Assembly: GCA_963710755.1 (NCBI GenBank)
Contig: CAVQBK010000003.1
Coordinates: 736,001 to 800,000, forward strand
DNA from: an uncultured bacterium
GTDB taxonomy: Bacteria; Oederibacteriota; JAAXVQ01; JAUVAV01
Reading direction: 5' to 3'
DNA: 64,000 nt
Position 1 is the stretch's first letter. The number at the start of each line of letters is the position of its first letter. Below the pieces are notes generated by a model. The model saw only the letters and a program-made list of their open reading frames with translations, did not search any database and was not told where the DNA came from. Positions 1 through 8,796 of the stretch are shown piece by piece. The position numbers and the translations under genes are program-made.

Positions 1-807
1 ACAACACTTAGAATTGGTATTTTTGGCTGCGGCGCCATTGGTCGCACTTTGGCGCAAGCCATTACTAGTGGCAAGCTTCCCGGCGCCATCTTGACGGCTG
101 GTTATGACATTGATGAATCCAAATTAACCACCATGCGAGAGTTGGGCTTGAAGGTGACTGCCTCCCGGGACAAGCTCATCGCAATTTCCGATCTGGTGGT
201 GGAAGCTGCGGGCATGGCCTCGGTACCGGCACTGGCCCAAGCCATATTGGCCGCGCGTAAGCAGTTGTTGGTGATGTCCGTGGGTGCGCTGTTAAAGCAC
301 CATAGTTTGCTGAAACAATTCGAGCAGCATCATTGTAATCTATATTTCCCTTCCGGGGCTGTGGCTGGTTTGGATGCCTTGAAAGCCGCCAAGGCTGGGG
401 GGCCGATCACCTCCGTCATGCTGAGGACGACCAAACCACCAAAGGGGCTGGCGGGCGCACCGTTTTTTGAAGAGCACCCTTTGGATCTGGCCCGTATTAA
501 AAAAAAGACCCTTATCTTTTCGGGTACGGCTAAAGAGGCAGTGCGTTGGTTTCCGGCCAACATCAATGTGGCGGCCGCCATTTCCCTGGTGGGCATCGGT
601 CCTGAGAAAACACGGGTGGAAATCGAAGCAGATCCCAAGAGCCAAAGCAACAAACATGAGCTTTTTATTGAAGGATCGGTAGGAAAAATCGAATGCCGTA
701 CTGAAAATGTGCCTTCGCCCCACAATCCCAAAACCAGTTTTCTGGCTACCGCTTCGGTGCTAGCCCTGTTAAAGGCGATTATTGGTGGGGAACGTTTCGG
801 TACCTAA
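1..807 (+). CDS. nadX: L-aspartate dehydrogenase (5'-partial; start lies before the window)
   Basis: Frame 1 from base 1 reads TTLRIGIFGCGAIGR (Rossmann GxGxxG). Also has VVEAAG, PSGAVAGLD, TTKPP, FPANINVAAA and NPKTS motifs typical of NadX. Confidence 0.9.
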   Translation, partial: TTLRIGIFGCGAIGRTLAQAITSGKLPGAILTAGYDIDESKLTTMRELGLKVTASRDKLIAISDLVVEAAGMASVPALAQAILAARKQLLVMSVGALLKHHSLLKQFEQHHCNLYFPSGAVAGLDALKAAKAGGPITSVMLRTTKPPKGLAGAPFFEEHPLDLARIKKKTLIFSGTAKEAVRWFPANINVAAAISLVGIGPEKTRVEIEADPKSQSNKHELFIEGSVGKIECRTENVPSPHNPKTSFLATASVLALLKAIIGGERFGT

Positions 808-820
808 CCTCAAAGATGAC

Positions 821-1215
821 GAGGTGGGCGGATGACGGCCAGCAGATGGCCAGGCTTATGCCTGGCGGTAGTAATTCTATTCGTTCCCAATATGCAATGC
901 CGGGCTGAAACTCAAGACCACTTTAAACAAGCAGCTGATGAACAAGGAAAGGCCTTGGAGCAATCGGTGTAGTCCCTGCAGCAAAGCGCCTCCCCAAACC
1001 TGGGCCCGTCTATGAAAAAAACGGCGTGCCAACTGGAACATGCAGCCACGGACACAGAAAAAGGCTACCCGATCAGCCGGCCGAGAAAGCAATCATTGGT
1101 ATACCCAGGCCGGTAAAGTCCTGGGCATGGGTTGCGTCAACCGGGGTGTTGGTTGAAGGGGCAATACTGCTGAAGCCGTTGCCGTTCCTCCCGGTGGTTC
1201 AGGACAATAGCATGG
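821..1215 (+). pseudogene. Degraded duplicate of the 111-aa exported protein (3801-4136) and the start of the next gene (4133-)
   Basis: RBS+ATG gaggtgggcggATG (821-834) matches gaggtgggccgATG (3790-3803). Translation ...AETQDHFKQAADEQGKALEQSV* aligns with ...AEAQDHLKKAADEMGKALEQSVQ. In-frame TAG at 970-972, frameshift near 1060; ends LLKPLPFLPVVQDNSM vs MLKPLPVILVARDSSL. Confidence 0.9.
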
Positions 1216-1238
1216 TTTGTGTGCCTGCCACCATTTAA

Positions 1239-1436
1239 CCCCGCGATATTCATACGCCAGATAGATACGTGTATCGCCGGAGGCTAGATCTGGCACACGA
1301 TGGATTTTGGAATCATACATCATGCCGCAAGCCTGGCAAACTGATTTTTTACCGGCGTTGCAGAGTGATAATTCGGGCGGATGAGCCCCCCAGCATGCCT
1401 TTTAAGTGTAACCGGTCGCGGAATCCTGAAAACGGT
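1239..1436 (-). mobile_element. ISL3-family transposase N-terminal remnant
   Basis: Minus strand reads FSGFRDRLHLKGMLGGSSARIITLQRR*/KSVCQACGMMYDSKIHRVPDLASGDTRIYLAYEYR. This resembles the ISL3 zinc-finger N-terminus (F.GF...G..GD..AR.ITL.RR.KKT.C..CG...YD.K.RRVRDLS.GDTRIYL). One stop and one frameshift. Confidence 0.75.
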
Positions 1437-1562
1437 CAGTGTCAAAGGGGTCGGTCTTGCAAAAATACTTTGCGGCGTAAAGTGGTTTAAAAGTAAAAAG
1501 TCATAAAGCAAGCCGTCTGCTTGGAATACCCGCAACCAAAACCCTATTGCCTTCCGATGACG

Positions 1563-2453
1563 TCATCCTTCTTTGAGCACGGGTGTGAGGATGAATGCCT
1601 TGGACAGGGCGAGAAGGCCGGACACGGCTTTCATATCTTCCCGGCTTAGATTCAGCAGTTTCGCCGAGGATAAATGTGAAACCATCTTGGAGTAGGGGTA
1701 ATCTTCCACCTGGAATCCCGCTGTTTCAAAGAAAACTTGTACCTCTTTTTCGTCAGCGAAAAGATTACGCCCCAATTCACTACCGGTGCTGTTCGCAAGT
1801 CGGGCGCGCCGTTCTTGCGCGGCTTGGTCCAGGCGCATACTGGCTTCCAAATGCTGCCTGGTGTTAACATCCGTCGCAATCCATATGCCGGGCTGCCTGG
1901 TGAGAATGTCGTGAACGTTATTGGCCAATACCCGTTGTTCCTCACGGCTGAAGTAGGGGAATAATCCTTCCGTGATGATGGCGACGGACCGATCGGGCGA
2001 GAAAACCTCGGCCGCCTTGAGCAGGCTGTTAAGATCCAGGGCGTTGGCCGTCTTGAAGTGAAGATTTGGCCGATGAAGATTCCGCCGTGCAAGAAGGGCT
2101 TCGACGATGGCTTTCTCCTCCTCCAGAATTTGCGGCAGGTCCGTGCTGACATAGACCACCCCGGGGTTTTCGGTCATCACCAGGCCGCGGGGCGACAGTC
2201 CTGCGGCAACTTCCAGAACTTGCGTCAGGTCTCGTTGAGCGATGATTTGATTGGTGGCCTTGTAGCGCGCTTCCCAATAAGGGCTGACCTTAACGAGTGA
2301 TGCCTTGCTCTCGCCCGCGAGCGCTTGATAAACTTTTTCGGCGTTGCTCTCGCCGGCAATTTCCTTGGCAAAGGGAATATCGGAGAACGTCCGGAGGTAA
2401 GCCACGAATTTCGCAGTAGGACTAATCTTCTCGTAAGTCTTTTCCATCATCAT
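1563..2453 (-). CDS. Class I SAM-dependent methyltransferase (LCM/O-methyltransferase-like)
   Basis: ISPTA...R N-terminus, ARY, VLEVAAGLSPRG, STDLP and IITEGLFPYF motifs; aggagg RBS upstream on the minus strand. Confidence 0.8.
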   Translation of the reverse strand: MMMEKTYEKISPTAKFVAYLRTFSDIPFAKEIAGESNAEKVYQALAGESKASLVKVSPYWEARYKATNQIIAQRDLTQVLEVAAGLSPRGLVMTENPGVVYVSTDLPQILEEEKAIVEALLARRNLHRPNLHFKTANALDLNSLLKAAEVFSPDRSVAIITEGLFPYFSREEQRVLANNVHDILTRQPGIWIATDVNTRQHLEASMRLDQAAQERRARLANSTGSELGRNLFADEKEVQVFFETAGFQVEDYPYSKMVSHLSSAKLLNLSREDMKAVSGLLALSKAFILTPVLKEG

Positions 2454-2508
2454 GCCTCCTGTTTTTAGCCGGGATCCATCGGGAAATAAGATATAAACTA
2501 TTTAATAT

Positions 2509-2523
2509 GCAACACAATGTTGC
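2509..2523. promoter_or_regulatory. Candidate TetR operator palindrome
   Basis: GCAACA-CAA-TGTTGC perfect inverted repeat between the divergent methyltransferase and TetR genes; a further GCAACA half-site at 2561. Confidence 0.6.
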
Positions 2524-2605
2524 TAAACTCATCATAGGGATGTTGGGTAATGCCTGTCAAGCAACAGAACACCGCTCCTGTAGCATAAGAAACGGAGGAA
2601 CCGCA

Positions 2606-3241
2606 ATGTCGTCGGGAAAAGAAGATCTTCGTGTCCGTCGAACGCGCCTTATGTTAAAGAAGGCACTGATTGATCTTTGCGTGGAGAAAGGTTTTTCTGC
2701 CGTGTCGGTCGGGATGATCGCGGAGCGCGCGATGGTGAACAGGGTGACCTTCTATCGTCACTTCCACGACAAGTATGACCTAGCAAGCACTGTTTTTGGT
2801 GACGCTATCGAGGAGCTTCAGAAAGAGATGGGACCACCGAGACGCAGCCTTGGCCAGATTGCCCAGATCCCCGCCGCGACCGTGCCCCTACCTTTCGTGC
2901 GCTTCTTCGAACATATCGCGGCCAACCGCCGCCTCTACGCCGCGATGATGAGAAGCAACGGGGATCCTTGGTTCAGCACGCACCTCCGCGAACATCTCGG
3001 GGCGATGCTGGAGACGCGCTTTCTTGCTCAGGAGAACCTGCAGCTCCTCCCCCGACAGGGAGGGTATGGCCTCATGACGCGCAAGGTGGCGGTCGGCATG
3101 CTGTCAGCGGCGCTCGTTGGTATGATCACGTGGTGGCTCGAGGAAGGCACGAAATATAAGGCCGAGCAGATGGCCCAATGGGTACGTCAGGTCATGCTCA
3201 AGGGCTTGGTGAGCAGCAGCACGAAGGGGCCGCCGGCCTAA
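2606..3241 (+). CDS. TetR/AcrR family transcriptional regulator
   Basis: DLRVRRTR...L..KGFSAVSV..IAERA.VNRVTFYRHFHDKYDL helix-turn-helix; ggagg RBS before ATG 2606. Confidence 0.92.
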   Translation: MSSGKEDLRVRRTRLMLKKALIDLCVEKGFSAVSVGMIAERAMVNRVTFYRHFHDKYDLASTVFGDAIEELQKEMGPPRRSLGQIAQIPAATVPLPFVRFFEHIAANRRLYAAMMRSNGDPWFSTHLREHLGAMLETRFLAQENLQLLPRQGGYGLMTRKVAVGMLSAALVGMITWWLEEGTKYKAEQMAQWVRQVMLKGLVSSSTKGPPA

Positions 3242-3800
3242 ACCCTGATTCAGACAGGGCCCAAGACCGGCATCAAGGCGGGAAAATTGAATTGCTTCTG
3301 TTTTTTCTTGTCATTTTATCTTTTTATTCATATTCTCTTGTAAGCTGGTCAACCTGGAATAAAACTATAGTCTCACGCATACCCCGCAGGCACAAGCAGG
3401 TGCAAAAGTAAGCGACTTTCTAAAATTATCCTCACCCTCGCTCTTTTCCAAGAGGTGGTGTCACAACGCCTGGTTATAGGAATACAAGTACCCTATCGCC
3501 ACATTATATGGGAAGAGGGTAGGGGGCCATTAATAAATCTTTAAAGCTTTTAAAGCTTAAATGTTTTTCCCCGTAGTACAAACCGGGGACACTATTTGCA
3601 AAGTAGACCGGACCTATGGTTTGCAGGTAAAACCAAGGACGCTTGTTATGAAAGTGCAGCTGTAGAATTGTAGTGGCCGTTTTCTTGGAATCGATGAAAG
3701 CCATCCCCAGTGCAGAAAGCGGCCGGGCAGTGGTAACAGCAGGTTTGCTCCTGATGGCAGCGTTATCCGATTCTCTGCTTATGGAAAGAGAGGTGGGCCG

Positions 3801-4136
3801 ATGGCAACCGGCAAATGGCCTGGCATAATCGTACTGGTAATGATCGCATTGCTTCCGGGCCGATGGTGCGTTGCGGAAGCGCAAGACCATTTAAAAAAAG
3901 CGGCCGATGAAATGGGAAAGGCCTTGGAACAATCCGTACAGTCTCTAAAGCAAAGCGCCTCGCAAAACATGGGGCCGGCCTTGAAAAAAACAGGCCGCCA
4001 GTTGGAGCAGGCGGCCGCGGATACGGAACAGGCCGCCCGCTCAGTCGGCCGGGAAAGCAACCATTGGTTTATCCAGGCCGGTAGAGCACTGGGGCAGGGA
4101 CTGCGTCACCTGGGGCGTTGGTTAAAGGAGCGATGA
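3801..4136 (+). CDS. Exported alpha-helical hypothetical protein
   Basis: RBS gaggtgg; hydrophobic N-terminal signal-like segment; Ala/Gln/Lys-rich amphipathic helices; ATGA overlap with the next gene; a decayed paralog lies at 821-1215. Confidence 0.7.
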   Translation: MATGKWPGIIVLVMIALLPGRWCVAEAQDHLKKAADEMGKALEQSVQSLKQSASQNMGPALKKTGRQLEQAAADTEQAARSVGRESNHWFIQAGRALGQGLRHLGRWLKER

Positions 4137-4849
4137 TGTTGAAGCCCTTGCCGGTTATTCTGGTAGCTCGCGATAGCAGTTTGGCTACGCCCCCGGGTTT
4201 TCCGGCAACCGCTGTCAGGGAAAAACCTGTTTTCAGAAGCGTCCGCGCCATGGAGATTATGACGGCTTTGGAGCACCGGGTTAAAACCGTGCTTAAGAGC
4301 CCGCTGGACCGTCGCCTGCTCAATATCGATGCGCCGTCTTCACATGCCCTCATGCCGGGGCTTAGCCATCAACAACAGCACCACCTGCTCCACCAATATT
4401 ATGATCCTTTTCATCAAGCCTTAAGCAGCGCCTGCCGGGAAGACTCGATGCGTCTGGGTCTGTTGGTCTACATCCTGGAGGATTCGACAGCCACCGAAGG
4501 CTGTGTGCTCAGCCTGGATAATGGCGGGGACAGCGCCGGGGAGAAGAAGGGCAGGAGTCTGACCGGCCCACCTGCTTTGCTGAGGGATCTGTATGATGTG
4601 GCTTGTGCCGTGTTGGGCCCCTTGGGGCAGGACGTGAGGCTGAATGTCTGTAAGGACGAAGGTTATATTGCCGGGTACTATTACAGCCCTGTGTTGCCCT
4701 GGATACGGCTGGGTTTTCATCCTGCCTTTTTGATGGGCGGTTTGGACCGGCTATTTGAGCGCCATTGTCAAGTATTGCAAGAAAAGCTTCAGTCCATGAT
4801 TACCTATTTGTTTTCCGTGGAAGGCTGGTTGCCTGAGTATGCCTCCTGA
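4133..4849 (+). CDS. Hypothetical protein, divergent N-formylglutamate amidohydrolase-like fold
   Basis: LLHQYYDPFHQAL, VRLN...GYI and PWIRLGF segments echo FGase-family motifs, but the catalytic H/E positions appear substituted. Confidence 0.45.
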   Translation: MMLKPLPVILVARDSSLATPPGFPATAVREKPVFRSVRAMEIMTALEHRVKTVLKSPLDRRLLNIDAPSSHALMPGLSHQQQHHLLHQYYDPFHQALSSACREDSMRLGLLVYILEDSTATEGCVLSLDNGGDSAGEKKGRSLTGPPALLRDLYDVACAVLGPLGQDVRLNVCKDEGYIAGYYYSPVLPWIRLGFHPAFLMGGLDRLFERHCQVLQEKLQSMITYLFSVEGWLPEYAS

Positions 4850-5716
4850 ACGGTTGTTGGGCGCCCATCTTTCCACCCAAGGCGGCACATGCTGGCCTTG
4901 TTAGCGCGAGCTAAGGCTATCGGTGCCCAAACCGTGCAACTTTTTGCAGCCAATCCCCGATCTTGGCAAGGACGTTCCATCAGCCAGGAAGAAGCAGATG
5001 TATTTTTAAGCCAGCAGGCCCATTTTGGTGTACGCCAGGTGGTGATTCATGCCATTTACCTGGTCAACCTGGCTTCACCGCGGGAGGATGTGCGGGAAAA
5101 CTCACTGCAGGCCTTGCGACGGGATCTTCAGTCGGCTCAGCTGCTGCGGGCCGCAGCCGTGGTGGTCCATCCGGGATCACACGTAGGCCGGCCTGGGGGC
5201 AGAGAGCGCCTCATTGCGGGCCTCCAGGTATTACAGTCCAGTATCCCGTTGGGTTGTAAACTGCTGCTGGAAGGCATGGCCGGCGCAAAAAACAGTTTGG
5301 GCGATCTTAGAACCCTGGGTCAGGTTCTTAAGAGGGTGGGAATAAAACAATTTGGCCTGTGCTTGGACAGTGCCCATCTTTTTGCCAGCGGCTATGACCT
5401 GCGAAGCGAGGATGGCGTCAAGATGCTGGAAATGGATGTGAAACGTTATGTGGGGGGGAGCCGCACCATCGGCTGTGTTCATTTGAATGATGCCAAACAT
5501 CCCTGCGGTTCGAAAAGAGATCAACACGAAAACCTGGGGGCTGGCACCATCGGCCGTGCGGGGCTGGTCAAGTTGCTGGCCCTGCCCATGCTCAGCCACT
5601 GTGCGGTGATCATGGAAACGCCCGGCTTCAACCAATTGGGACCGGATAAAAAAAATATGCAGCGCTTGCGCAGCCTGGCACGTCTGGCTGGGCAGCAAGG
5701 CCACAAGGAGTCATGA
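4839..5716 (+). CDS. nfo: Endonuclease IV, with a 5' frameshift at about 4887
   Basis: ATG 4839 gives MPPERLLGAHLSTQGG (conserved GAH.S..GG) in a different frame from the body at 4889-5716. The body keeps all Zn-ligand motifs: IHA, VHPG, LLE, CLDSAH, HLND, RDQH, METP. Confidence 0.9.
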
Positions 5717-7425
5717 AGGTTATGGAAGCAGTACGCGACAAAGCCACGATGGAAAAATATTCATCGGCCTTTACCATCTCTGATATGGAAGTCTATCTTT
5801 TTCCCGAGCTGATGATGGCCCTGGTGTTGGCCAATATCATGTCCCAACGCCTGTGGGCCTGGAAAAAGGATCCCTGGTTTGCCGGGTTGGAGAAAATGAC
5901 CTGGAATCGAAAGCTACAACGGCTCAAGCAGTTTATTATGGATCATTACAGTTTCAACCTCGATCTGGAAACATGGGGCTTGACCACCAAGGAAAAAGAA
6001 TTGAGCCGCTTTGGAAGTTTTGTGGATCCCGATGTTTTTTCCCGGGCCAATGCGCTCTTTGGTTATGAAGGGGATCGTTATTATTTCGACATGGATATCC
6101 GCCGGCATTTTGGGCTGGACAAATTCACCAGCAATGTCATCCCCTACTGGAAGACCGAAACGGTTGAAGCCATGGATGCCTTTAAATATAAGCATGGCTA
6201 CCGCCGGGGGGCAGGGGAATGCGTTTCTTTGGCGGCGTTGTATGCGGCTGCTTTATTTGTGGTGTTGGAGGTGCCTCTGGAGGATATTTTTTTGATGGCC
6301 ACACCGCTGCACAGTCAGAACTTTTTGCTGGTGGAAGAAGGCATTATTACCAATAATCGCCGGCTGGTGACCAAGACCATGTGGTTCAATGGCACGGAAT
6401 TGACGGACAAGGCCCGCCGGGCGCTGACCCACGAGCGGGTAACCATCGTCTCCCATATTTCAGGCTACATCCATATTGATCAACAGCAAGCCACCATTGC
6501 ACCGGTGGCCTATCAGCGGTTCAAGCAACATTTGCAGACTTATTTAACCACGGGTCTGACCTTTGAGGTGTTTATCAACTTTCTGCGCGTTTACAGCCAA
6601 TATCGCCGTTATTTTCAATTTGAATATCAGCATCAGGGTCATCGCTACTATATTACGGCCGAAAATTTGTTCTGTTATGAGCATGGCAGTAAAAACCGCA
6701 TCGGCGACAACACCCGGAAGAAGTTGATGGAAGAAGTGGAAACCGAAGATTTTGAATTGCAGGCGTATGGAGAACGCTTTATTTTAAATGTGTTGGAAGC
6801 TTCACTCAACGGTCAGTCGCTAAGTTGCCAGGATGGCCAGTTAAACTCTTTTTTACAAGACGTGCTGGCGGGGTTTCCTGCCTTGGAAGATTTAGAAAAA
6901 GACTTGTGCTGTTTTATTCGTCTTGAGCCGCAGTTACCTGCGCAGGATAAAGTTTTTACATCCGCTCCTGAGTTGGTGTTGAGTCCGGCCATGGGGAGGA
7001 AAGGTATCATTACCTATTTACAACAGCAACGGGAGAGGCATGAAACCGCGGCGTTGGCTTTTTATGCCCATCGGCATTTGGATGAAAAAGGCTGGGCTCC
7101 TTTTCTGAAGGCCTGCTGGGAGCGCAATCCGGTTTCCCAACAGCGCTTTGGCGGCCTGAGTCCGGAGGCCATTTATGTCACGCTCCAAGCCTGGCCACAG
7201 GCCTCCATTTATGACGACCAAGGTCTGGCCACTCCCGATGAAGTGGCTAATTTTGAACGTGGTGATGGACTGGAAAAAGCACTGCTTCTGGCCAATGTTC
7301 TGTTGAGTCGCGAACGCCAACCAGGCCGTTTATCCTGTCAGGGGTCACACGTCATCTTGAGCTGGGGCAGCCATCAATTTGGATTTATTTCCAGCAAAGG
7401 CTATCACTTGAACTGGCCGTTGTAA
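5713..7425 (+). CDS. Uncharacterised 570-aa protein with transglutaminase/papain-like motifs
   Basis: Long ORF coupled to nfo by an ATGA overlap. GAGECVSLAALYAA (Cys170), TPLHSQ (His200), TNN; C-terminal PDEV...GDGLEKALLLANVL. Confidence 0.75.
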   Translation: MKVMEAVRDKATMEKYSSAFTISDMEVYLFPELMMALVLANIMSQRLWAWKKDPWFAGLEKMTWNRKLQRLKQFIMDHYSFNLDLETWGLTTKEKELSRFGSFVDPDVFSRANALFGYEGDRYYFDMDIRRHFGLDKFTSNVIPYWKTETVEAMDAFKYKHGYRRGAGECVSLAALYAAALFVVLEVPLEDIFLMATPLHSQNFLLVEEGIITNNRRLVTKTMWFNGTELTDKARRALTHERVTIVSHISGYIHIDQQQATIAPVAYQRFKQHLQTYLTTGLTFEVFINFLRVYSQYRRYFQFEYQHQGHRYYITAENLFCYEHGSKNRIGDNTRKKLMEEVETEDFELQAYGERFILNVLEASLNGQSLSCQDGQLNSFLQDVLAGFPALEDLEKDLCCFIRLEPQLPAQDKVFTSAPELVLSPAMGRKGIITYLQQQRERHETAALAFYAHRHLDEKGWAPFLKACWERNPVSQQRFGGLSPEAIYVTLQAWPQASIYDDQGLATPDEVANFERGDGLEKALLLANVLLSRERQPGRLSCQGSHVILSWGSHQFGFISSKGYHLNWPL

Positions 7426-7509
7426 AGCCGTTCGCATAGTCCGTCGATGCTTGGGGCGGAGGCCGACCCCCATAAGGCGGGTTCCAAGTGGAAAAAAGGA
7501 AATGCAACA

Positions 7510-8796
7510 ATGCTCACCAATGCTGATAATCAACAGGTTTCCGGGCAAAAGGGATATTTTGAAAATGAAATACCTGCCAAAACCAAGGGGCAGGTCTGTG
7601 TCTTGATGGCCGTCAGACAGGCCGAAGGACTGGATCAGGGGCAAGCGGAGCGGCTCCGGTGTTTGGGCCTGCCTGTTATCCTGGTGCAGTATGGCGGCCA
7701 GGCGGGAGAGGAAACGATGTCCCGCTACGAGGGGATACCGTGGTGGGCCTTGACTTCGCCCAAGAGTAAAGGTAAAGGCGCGGCGCTCAACCTGGGCATG
7801 GAAAAAGGTCTGGCGTTGGGCTATGCTTATGCCTTAACTCTGGATGAGGACGAACCAATCGATGTCCATGAACTGGTGCGGTTTGTTCCGACCACTAGTC
7901 TGGGACGCAGCATGCGTCTGGGCGTAAGGACCAGCAGCGCTTTTTCCTATCATACCGGCAAAGCCGGTCTTCTTCGTTTATCCAATTTATTGTTTTGGCT
8001 GGAAACCGGTGTCCAGTGCCAGGATAGTCGCAGCAGTGTGCGTTTTTATCCACTGGCGGCCATGCGTCAATTAACCTACCGGTTTCATCATCGTGCCTGG
8101 GAAATCGAAGCCTTGGTGCGCGCTGTTTGGGGTGGGCTGAAAATTAAAGAGGTAACATTAAAAAGTTATCAAGTCCGGGATGAACCCACGCCCATCCGTA
8201 AATTAACGGACAGCCTGCGTCTGGTGGGTGTGCACGCTTATTTGATTGGCAGACGTATTTGGCCCTGGCCGTTTAAAGCCATTGTGGTCAAAGCACCGGA
8301 ACCCTGGCCGCAAACCTGGAAAGCCCGCCTGCGCTGGTTATGGTTTCGTTATTTTTGGCGCATGAATGCCACGCCCGCAGAAATTGCCTGGTCGGTGGGC
8401 GTAGGACTGTTTTGCGGGCTTTTGCCCAATTGGGGAACACATTCCCTGGTGGCGCTTTATCTGGCACAGCGTCTGCATTTGAACAAACTATTGGTATTAG
8501 CCAGCAGCCTGGTATCCCTGTCGCCGCTCTTGCCGTTGTTTCTTTATTTGGAATTATTGGTGGGTCATGGTTGGCTTACCGGGCAATGGCAAACCAAACT
8601 ATCCTGGGAACGGTTGACCTGGGCGGGGGTCCACGCTAAGATGCAGGAAATGTTGTTAGGCAGCGTCGTGGTGGCGTTGGTCACGGCCGTACTCAGTGGG
8701 CTGTTGCTTTACCTGGGATTGATCTGGGTGCGACGCCTGCGTTATCGAACCTTGAGCGCCAAGCGTAAACAAAGGATGATGGTTCATGAAAGTTAA
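7510..8796 (+). CDS. GT2 glycosyltransferase-like domain fused to a DUF2062 membrane domain
   Basis: KGKGAAL..G, ALTLDED, DSRSSVRFYPL and EIEALVRAVW GT2 motifs; C-terminal TPAEIAWSV.VGLF.GLLP.WG DUF2062 signature with TM helices. Confidence 0.8.
   Translation: MLTNADNQQVSGQKGYFENEIPAKTKGQVCVLMAVRQAEGLDQGQAERLRCLGLPVILVQYGGQAGEETMSRYEGIPWWALTSPKSKGKGAALNLGMEKGLALGYAYALTLDEDEPIDVHELVRFVPTTSLGRSMRLGVRTSSAFSYHTGKAGLLRLSNLLFWLETGVQCQDSRSSVRFYPLAAMRQLTYRFHHRAWEIEALVRAVWGGLKIKEVTLKSYQVRDEPTPIRKLTDSLRLVGVHAYLIGRRIWPWPFKAIVVKAPEPWPQTWKARLRWLWFRYFWRMNATPAEIAWSVGVGLFCGLLPNWGTHSLVALYLAQRLHLNKLLVLASSLVSLSPLLPLFLYLELLVGHGWLTGQWQTKLSWERLTWAGVHAKMQEMLLGSVVVALVTAVLSGLLLYLGLIWVRRLRYRTLSAKRKQRMMVHES

Noticed and set aside
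970-972. In-frame TAG as possible pyrrolysine or recoded stop
   Set aside because: The same copy also has frameshifts, an intact paralog exists, and TAG ends many normal genes in this window.
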